Of a stretch of DNA of 64,000 nucleotides, positions 58,301 to 64,000 are shown piece after piece. A model generated the notes under the pieces. That model had not been told where the DNA came from. It searched no databases and was given only the letters and a program-made list of their open reading frames with translations. Every line of letters begins with the position of its first letter. The first letter of the stretch is position 1. A program made the translations under genes and the position numbers. Origin of the DNA: Pseudomonadota bacterium (GTDB lineage: Bacteria; Myxococcota_A; Polyangia; Palsa-1104; JAEUJZ01); NCBI GenBank assembly GCA_035340095.1, contig DAORGN010000003.1, forward strand, positions 732-64,731, given 5' to 3'.

Positions 58301-59073
58301 GGGCCGATTTCCGCCGGAATCCCCCACTGCACCGAATCGGCAGGCAGCGGTGGCACCGGTTTTTGCAGATGCCCGACCAGCACTTCCCCGAGCGTATCGC
58401 CGCCAAACGGAAGCTGCCCACTGCACATTTGGTACAGAATCACCCCGAGCGCATACAGATCGGTTCGGACGTCGACTTTGCCGCCGTTTATCTGCTCGGG
58501 CGCCATGTAATACGGCGTGCCGACCAGCGTCCCGGTGCGCGTCAGCTTCATCGATTCACCCTCGACGCCGACGGTCTTGGCGATGCCAAAATCAACCAAC
58601 TTCACAAGCGGCGGCTCCCCCTCCCGCTCCACAAGAAACAGGTTGTCTGGCTTCAGGTCACGATGCACGATTCCGGCTTTGTGGGCGGCGGACAGGCCGG
58701 CGCAGAGCTGCCGCATGATCTGCATCACTTCGCGAAACGACAGCCGCTTCTTTTCCAGCAAGCTCGACAGCGACTGCCCCGACAGATACTCCATTACGTA
58801 ATAGAGCCGCCCGTCGGAAAGTTCGCCGATGTCGAAGATGTCGATCAGGTTCTGGTGCCGCACCCGCGCGATAAGGCGCGCCTCTTGACGGAAGCGCTCG
58901 ACGGCTTCCTTGTTGTTCATGATCTCGCGACGCAGGACTTTGACCGCCGAGCGATGTCCGAGCTGTAGGTGTTGGGCGGCGTAGACTTCGCCCATTCCGC
59001 CCTCGCCGAGCAGCTTGACGACCTTGTAGTCGCCGACCGTCTGCCCGATCGGGCTGTTAGTCTCCTCGGACAT
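55339..59073 (-). CDS. Membrane Ser/Thr protein kinase with a long HEAT-repeat region and C-terminal PEGA-like domains
   Basis: Kinase motifs GEGGMGEVY, AVKVL, HRDLKPDNLFL, DFGIAK and APE. A TM follows the kinase domain, then many DPxVRxxAxxAL HEAT/PBS-lyase-type repeats. Confidence 0.92.
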   Translation of the reverse strand: MSEETNSPIGQTVGDYKVVKLLGEGGMGEVYAAQHLQLGHRSAVKVLRREIMNNKEAVERFRQEARLIARVRHQNLIDIFDIGELSDGRLYYVMEYLSGQSLSSLLEKKRLSFREVMQIMRQLCAGLSAAHKAGIVHRDLKPDNLFLVEREGEPPLVKLVDFGIAKTVGVEGESMKLTRTGTLVGTPYYMAPEQINGGKVDVRTDLYALGVILYQMCSGQLPFGGDTLGEVLVGHLQKPVPPLPADSVQWGIPAEIGPILAKLLAKAPEERYENLGDVLADLDRLQRGEQTTAGLNSRLTLSAMPKVERVRRRNLVALLLLPVAVCLLAVGGYFFIDKLRSRSKGEEIDMVALRSLALKILQEGLGDGDPQVRGQAVGALEDSRDSRHRSLLEGRLRDADPQVQAQAARALGVIGNRGATAALLHRADEGGDPTVLVSVGESLAKLGAPAGKSLLLRSLEQDRYPQVQLQAALALLDLGEDQAKTLLVTRLGQAKPTDETRVDILSHKALLGDDEAKTQLIQILPEGPPSQPRQLRVAQILASLGDDRARNLLSDVAVQPGNLQVAAAHALCLIEDPSGQPVLRTTLWQTGAGMPQRLLAAQGIGHCGDKQDAAKLSQGLRLGERSGILRQAEAGALLKLCDGDPLVLAERSVSWAEQALGDDDWNVRAQAVAALADVNQQKALPLLRKAMHDNRVEVRRAAADSLARIGGKDAIAALTEGLTDQSAQVRTQMLRAIAKAGQTMGGDAATQGSVMAKLKQDAGQGSASEQVARAAAMVALGDKAQAKEVEKMVGSGDAEAQAMAVEMSDEVPESKQAWLGTIVADEKAPFVTRLKAAVSLARAGSKAGLGILQEALRRGGAEAIWAQSALTKLGEAGTVELSPKEVQAALKSSDPEVRRSSVEALSGWPAKQAVPKLLDATRDPSELVRSQALDSAMQLAGTDREPAPGLPVLRVLSRDRDPALRERALLALAKLEKSGVSRATAASKPSEAKATEAKPTPGEKTSEPGKEDKHVDGGAGPEPVPTQPAAVEKGFLRFEGPSGTQVQIDKQPPHTIASKPVEVSVGEHHIVYPGGQQDVTVTAGATVTVKIAPSQLGDLVKAGVEAFQRKDYKKARKLLEKASTLCSRKKEDKAVCQSLGYELSFHLGQVLEAQEAWAQAMTEYDKIQQPGFFGKVKSDGHKAVAEAMKRVAPRVGRLRVSKVVKGRCQTEDIWMPPGRHRVNVGGGQTVQVRPQETVEVKGCP

Positions 59074-61090
59074 GGCTTTCCTTTTCTGCGAGCGCTAAGA
59101 GCGACGCCGCCGCGGTCTTTTGCAGCACTGCATCGCTAGACGACAAAAGGGGCAAAAGAGGTTCCGTAAGTGACTGCGCCTTGGGACCCAAACTGCCAGC
59201 CGCAGCGACGGCCCGCAGGCGATAAGTATCTTGGCTTAGCAGGGGCTTTAGCTCGTCGACCATGCCGACATCGCGAGCGCGCGCCAGGGCCAACACCACA
59301 AGCGGACGCTGCGGAAGCGGCGGTTTTTTGGCCAGCAGCTCGTGCAGATCCTTCTGCGCATCGGTCTTGCCCGCCAGCGCCAAAAGTTCCAGCGCATCGA
59401 GCGCGGTTTCCGACAGTGGACTCGCTGCCGCTTGTTCGCGAAGCTGTTTTTCCGTCGTTTCGTCGCCTTTTTGGACAAGTTCCAGCAGAAGCTGCTGACG
59501 CAACATCCGCGGCACCGAAAGCGAGGGTCGCCACAGCTTTTCCTTGAGCTTTTGCAGCGCCACCTTCGGCGCCTTGCCCGCTTGGGTCAGCGCAAGACCG
59601 GCCCACAGCCGCGCATCGGGTGGAAGCGTCTCGCTGGCTGCCGCCGAGTCGAGCACCGCCACCGCATCTGCCGCCCCAAGCCGCAGCCGCACCGCCTGGG
59701 CTTCGACTGCCTGCGCCCCGACTGCCGACTGCGTCCGCTTGCTCACCGCCGCCAGCAAGTCCACATCCCCGGCCTGCCCGATGACATACGCCGTCGCCAA
59801 AAGCGGTCGCAGCGGCACCGTTTCGTCCGCCACAAGCTCCGTCAGTATCGGCAGCAGAGACCGCTTCGGCACCGCATCGATCGCTTGCAAAAGCGCTCGC
59901 TTGTCCGGCGGACTGCCGCGCTCCGCGGCTTGCAGCACGTCCAGCGCGCGCGCCGGGGGCGAACCGGCTTTGTACGGTGACACATGCCGGTGGTGCCGCG
60001 TCTGCATCACGATCCCGACCGCCAGCCCCGCAAGCAGCACAAGCGGAACCAGCCACGCCCACAGACCTCGCCGCGACGCCCGCAGCCGCACCGGACGGGT
60101 TGTCACCGCTTGCCCGACGCTTGCTTCTTTCCACAGCCCACGACCGCCCCACACCACGTCCAGGTCGTCGCGCAGGCTCTGGCAATCGGCGTAGCGTTCT
60201 TCGGGCAGCTTGGCCAGCGTCCGCAAGATCACCCGATCGAGCCGCGCCATATCGACAAAGCGCTTGCCCAGCTTGAGCCGCTTGGCGATCTGCGACGGCT
60301 TTTCCGCACTTTCGAGCAGATGCGCGCCCAAAAGCGACGCCAGCGAGTCACCGATAAACGGACGCTGCCCGGTCACGGCCTCGAACAGCATCACTCCAAC
60401 GGCATAAATGTCGGCCCGCCCGTCGATGTTTGGACTGGCTTTGATCTGCTCGGGCGACATATAGGCTGGCGTGCCCATCATCGCGCCAACCGCCGTCGCC
60501 AGCGTGCTCAGTTTTTGCGCATCAATGCCGTCGGTATTTTCGGGCCGGTCATCACTCCGGATCTTCGCGACGCCGAAGTCGAGCAGCTTGACCTGAGGAA
60601 TCGGGCTTTCCCCGTCGCCCCGCGGCACCAACATCACGTTTTCTGGTTTGAGGTCTCGGTGAACCACCCCGGCTGAGTGGGCGGCACCGACGGCGGACAG
60701 CAGCGGCGCAAACAGTGACACCACTTCATCGTCGGAAAGCGGCCCGCGCTCTAGTCGCTTGCGCAGCGTCTCGCCGGTCACGACTTCCATCACGAAATAC
60801 GGCGCGCCACTTGGACTTAATCCAAAGTCATACACCGCGACAATGTTCGGGTGCCCCAGCCGAGTGACCAGCTCGGCTTCGCGCTGAAACCGCGCCATCG
60901 CTTCTTGGTGCTGACCCAGCTCGGCATTGAGCACTTTGATCGCGACCTCGCGACCGAGCTTTTCGTGGACGGCGGCGTAGACCGTGCCCATGGCCCCAGA
61001 GCCCAGGACACGGTCGAGTCGATACTTCCCGCCCAGGATGGAACCCGGCCCCACGCTGGCAGCAGCGACGGCTGGTTCTGGCATATCCAA
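59057..61090 (-). CDS. Membrane Ser/Thr protein kinase with HEAT-like repeats
   Basis: GSGAMGTVY, AIKVL, HRDLKPENVML, DFGVAK and SPE. A TM (LWAWLVPLVLLAGLAVGIVM) is followed by a helical repeat region. Its 3' end overlaps the next kinase gene by 17 nt. Confidence 0.92.
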   Translation of the reverse strand: MDMPEPAVAAASVGPGSILGGKYRLDRVLGSGAMGTVYAAVHEKLGREVAIKVLNAELGQHQEAMARFQREAELVTRLGHPNIVAVYDFGLSPSGAPYFVMEVVTGETLRKRLERGPLSDDEVVSLFAPLLSAVGAAHSAGVVHRDLKPENVMLVPRGDGESPIPQVKLLDFGVAKIRSDDRPENTDGIDAQKLSTLATAVGAMMGTPAYMSPEQIKASPNIDGRADIYAVGVMLFEAVTGQRPFIGDSLASLLGAHLLESAEKPSQIAKRLKLGKRFVDMARLDRVILRTLAKLPEERYADCQSLRDDLDVVWGGRGLWKEASVGQAVTTRPVRLRASRRGLWAWLVPLVLLAGLAVGIVMQTRHHRHVSPYKAGSPPARALDVLQAAERGSPPDKRALLQAIDAVPKRSLLPILTELVADETVPLRPLLATAYVIGQAGDVDLLAAVSKRTQSAVGAQAVEAQAVRLRLGAADAVAVLDSAAASETLPPDARLWAGLALTQAGKAPKVALQKLKEKLWRPSLSVPRMLRQQLLLELVQKGDETTEKQLREQAAASPLSETALDALELLALAGKTDAQKDLHELLAKKPPLPQRPLVVLALARARDVGMVDELKPLLSQDTYRLRAVAAAGSLGPKAQSLTEPLLPLLSSSDAVLQKTAAASLLALAEKESHVRGD

Positions 61091-61208
61091 AACATTTTAT
61101 GTGAATAACGTAAGCCACACAACGCATTCTCGGGAAAACAGGCAGAAAAGCGCACCCAACCAAGTCCTCGACAGCGGGGCCGGGCCTGATCTAGCCTGCG
61201 CGGCTCGC

Positions 61209-62024
61209 ATGAGCAAAACGCCACAGAATCCGACCTCGCCCCCTGAAAGCCACTATCCTCGCGACCCGGCGGCGCGCGAGCGAGACCCCAACTTTTGGAC
61301 TGCGTCCCATGGCCGAGCCGTCGATCCGGACGTGCTTCCGCGCGTGCTTTCGCGGGCGGCGGCGCTGCGGGAACAGGCGGTGCTGGTGTTTGATCTCGAT
61401 TCGACGCTGCTCGACAACAAGCCGCGGCAGGCACGCATTGTGCGCGAGGCTGGTCAGGCGCTCGGTGAGCCGCGACTTTTGGGCTGCCAGCCGGAACACT
61501 TCACCGATTGGTCCGTCGACAAGCCGCTGCGTCGGCTCGGGCTGCGCGACGAAGAAATTCCCGACCTGGTGCCCAAAGTGCGACGTTTTTGGAAACAGCG
61601 CTTTTTCACCAGCGAATACTGCGTCGACGACATTGCGATTGCCGGGGCGGTGGCGTTTGTGCGCGATGTCCTCGCGGCGGGCAGCAAGGTTGCCTACTGC
61701 ACCGGACGGCACGAAGGCATGCGACAAGGCACCGTGGCCTGTTTTGCACGCGAAGGTTTCCCGGTGCCCGACGGCGATCGCGTCCATCTGCTGATGAAGC
61801 CGGACTTGGAAACGCACGACGACGACTTCAAAGTCCGGGCGCGGCAGCCGCTGGCGGCGCTGGGGACGGTGATTGCGGCGTTTGACAACGAGCCGATCCA
61901 CATCAACAGCTACTTTGTCCACTTCACCGACGCGCAGTGCGTTCACATGCTGACCGACGATTCGGCACGCGGCATCGCGCCCCACCAAAGCATCCCGTCG
62001 ATCCGCGACTTCCGCCGCGGCTAG
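61209..62024 (+). CDS. HAD-superfamily hydrolase-like protein
   Basis: Start trimmed to MSKTPQNP (ATG 61209). Motif I is VFDLDSTLL (DxDxT), with a later CTGR and FDNEP. Confidence 0.6.
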   Translation: MSKTPQNPTSPPESHYPRDPAARERDPNFWTASHGRAVDPDVLPRVLSRAAALREQAVLVFDLDSTLLDNKPRQARIVREAGQALGEPRLLGCQPEHFTDWSVDKPLRRLGLRDEEIPDLVPKVRRFWKQRFFTSEYCVDDIAIAGAVAFVRDVLAAGSKVAYCTGRHEGMRQGTVACFAREGFPVPDGDRVHLLMKPDLETHDDDFKVRARQPLAALGTVIAAFDNEPIHINSYFVHFTDAQCVHMLTDDSARGIAPHQSIPSIRDFRRG

Positions 62025-64000
62025 CTACTGAACCGTTACGTCGGGAACCGCGAGCCCACAGACGTGGGACAGGCTTTCGATGTGGCGGATCATGACCAGA
62101 CCGGGCGCGTGACCTTTGTACGCACCTTCGAGGAGCAGTCGCAGCTTGGCTTTGCCACGGAACGGGACGGTCAAAAGCTGCATCTGGGTTCCGCCTTGGC
62201 CCTGCTGTCCGTAGATGAGCTGGCCGCGATAGTCCGACAAGATGTCCTCGGTCTGCTTGACCGAAGTCGTCGTCGGCACCGCAATCAGCGCGTAGTATTC
62301 GAGCGGATCGCGATCAGGCGCCAGCTCGACTTCCAGCGTAAGCTCCTCACCGACGTGGGCTTGGGTCTTGCTCAGGCCAACTTTGGCAAATGGCTGGGTC
62401 GTCGCTTGCAGCCGCATGATCTGAGGCCGATCGATGCGAGCAATCGCCGCCGCGGGCACGACAATTTGGGCCGGACCTTTGACCGTCTGCTCGAACGAAA
62501 GCGCGCTGCCGTCCGCTTTGCGGAGACCTTGCGCCGTCGCTTCTTGTGCGCCGATGAGAAGCTGGAGTTCGATAAAGCGCACCAGCGCCATCGGCGTCGA
62601 ATACACCCCGCCGAGCAGCGCCGGACCCTGAATCAGCCCCGGTTCTTGCGACAGGATCATGTTGCGGCTGACCTGCCGATACAGCTTGGCAAACGTCGCC
62701 TTGTCGCCTTTTTGATAAAACGCCATCGCCAGCTCGGTCAGATACTGGGTCGCACCGACGCGCTCGAACGCCCGCAGAAAACGGAACGTGTCATACGCTT
62801 TGGCAAACGCCACATCCGCATCCTTGCCGTCGAGATCGAGCTTGGGCAGCAGCTTGTCGCTCGCCCAGCGGATGACCGCGTCGTCGGTAATGACCCGATA
62901 GACGACCTGCCCGTTTATTTCGACCGGCACCACGTCTTGGCCGCTCGCGTCGAACCCGGCAAGCTGTTCGGTTTTCTGACCTTTGGCTGCCAGCGACTGC
63001 CGAATCCGTTCCGCCATCGCCACTGCCGTCTGTTGTGCCTGCACAACCCGCGGATCGGTCGACGCAGCGACTTGCAGCGACCGCACCGCCGCAAGCAGGT
63101 TGCGCGCCACCCAGCCGCTCCACTGTGGACTCGCCTGCATCCCTGGATAGGGACGGCACAGCCCTTCGCCTTTGTCACAGAACGCTTCGTCGAGATCGCG
63201 AACATCTTTGTCGACCGAAGTGCGCAGCGTGTGGGCCAGCCCATCGTCGCTGAGAAGCCCGCGCTTGACCGCCGCCAAAAGCGCCGACCGCACCGCCACC
63301 CGCGCGCTCAGTGCTTCGGCGTGCCCAAACCAGGACTCGCTCGTCGTGTAGACGTTCATCGCCATGCCACGCAGAAGCGGTCCCGCCCCGGCGTACACCC
63401 GCGCCGTTTCATCTGCACCGATGGAAATCTGCCCGCCATCGCCGAACTGAAGCCGCGAAAACGTCACCGGCTGTTCGGATATCGTCTGCATCGACACTTC
63501 ACGCCGATCGTAGACTTTGCCGTCGGGGCCTTTCATCTGTAACGCCAAAACGCCGGGTTTTGACAACTTCACCGTCAGCTCATGCGTCGACGCACCGGGG
63601 GGCACTGCATACTCGCTGGCAATCCCCGGCCCCGTCACCGAAAGCTGTAGCGTCGACTGTGTTGCGTTGGTCGCATCGATCGGAATCCGCAGCTCGGCGC
63701 CCGGCACAAACGTCTTGGGCAGACGCGCTTCGGCCCCGGCGACCCGCTTGACGTCCAGCTCACGCTGCGACTGTGAAAACTCGAGCGCTTGCACCGCGAC
63801 GACCCGCATCACCACCCGACCGGTCTGCGGCGGCAGCACGACATCGACTTGGGCCCGACCGCTCGCGTCGGTGACAATTTTTTGGCAGAACACCACTTTT
63901 TTGTCGCCCTCGCGCACTTCTTCTTTCGGCGCCTCGTCTTCGTCCCCGCCACCGTCTGCCTCACCGCCGCCACCGCCCCCACCACCGTTTTTCGACTTTT
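62025..64000 (-). CDS. Alpha-2-macroglobulin-like large extracellular protein, C-terminal about 650 aa (N-terminus beyond the right edge)
   Basis: The frame is open to base 64000, upstream of the Met used by the ORF track. It shows MG-like beta domains, a helical TED-like region and a C-terminal receptor-binding-like beta domain. No CxEQ thioester motif in the visible part. Confidence 0.5.
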   Translation of the reverse strand, partial: KSKNGGGGGGGGEADGGGDEDEAPKEEVREGDKKVVFCQKIVTDASGRAQVDVVLPPQTGRVVMRVVAVQALEFSQSQRELDVKRVAGAEARLPKTFVPGAELRIPIDATNATQSTLQLSVTGPGIASEYAVPPGASTHELTVKLSKPGVLALQMKGPDGKVYDRREVSMQTISEQPVTFSRLQFGDGGQISIGADETARVYAGAGPLLRGMAMNVYTTSESWFGHAEALSARVAVRSALLAAVKRGLLSDDGLAHTLRTSVDKDVRDLDEAFCDKGEGLCRPYPGMQASPQWSGWVARNLLAAVRSLQVAASTDPRVVQAQQTAVAMAERIRQSLAAKGQKTEQLAGFDASGQDVVPVEINGQVVYRVITDDAVIRWASDKLLPKLDLDGKDADVAFAKAYDTFRFLRAFERVGATQYLTELAMAFYQKGDKATFAKLYRQVSRNMILSQEPGLIQGPALLGGVYSTPMALVRFIELQLLIGAQEATAQGLRKADGSALSFEQTVKGPAQIVVPAAAIARIDRPQIMRLQATTQPFAKVGLSKTQAHVGEELTLEVELAPDRDPLEYYALIAVPTTTSVKQTEDILSDYRGQLIYGQQGQGGTQMQLLTVPFRGKAKLRLLLEGAYKGHAPGLVMIRHIESLSHVCGLAVPDVTVQ

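Overview
This is a high-GC chromosomal segment. Its gene content looks like a Myxococcota-type (deltaproteobacterial) genome; that is an inference from the HEAT/PEGA Ser/Thr kinases, an Oar-like outer-membrane protein and a Frz-like che operon. I support about 50 protein-coding genes. By eye I found no rRNA, tRNA, CRISPR array, transposase or integrase. From left to right the window holds: (1) a complete cell-elongation cluster, mreB-mreC-mreD-mrdA-rodA; (2) an O-methyltransferase, then a di-haem cytochrome c peroxidase translationally coupled to a membrane adenylate cyclase; (3) lolA-like, trxA, a RecD2-type helicase, a Cys-rich secreted protein, an epimerase and a hydrolase; (4) a second class III cyclase, hsp20 and a degenerate double DsbA-like protein; (5) an orphan fabF followed by a STAS-like protein, a large polytopic membrane protein and a lipoprotein; (6) a response regulator-MBL-methyltransferase-DMT operon diverging from a six-gene chemosensory operon (CheW, CheW, short MCP, exported UrtA/AmiC-family binding protein, Cache MCP, CheA-REC) with no cheR/cheB in the window; (7) a cell-wall amidase and a lipoprotein; (8) a roughly 400-bp AT-rich island driving a 525-aa lipoprotein built from 13 Cys/Gly-rich repeat units; (9) an Oar/TonB-dependent-like outer-membrane protein operon; (10) SDR, GMC and YdcF genes; (11) a long minus-strand array of GT-C-like protein, hemolysin III, P-loop ATPase, membrane protein, PEGA/TPR protein and two HEAT-repeat Ser/Thr kinases; (12) a HAD-like gene and a truncated alpha-2-macroglobulin-like gene at the right edge. 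The best candidates for something undescribed are the Cys-repeat lipoprotein with its AT-rich control region, the che operon with an embedded orphan urea/amide-binding protein, and the peroxidase-cyclase pair. All functional calls rest on motifs I recognised in the translated ORFs. No database search was run.
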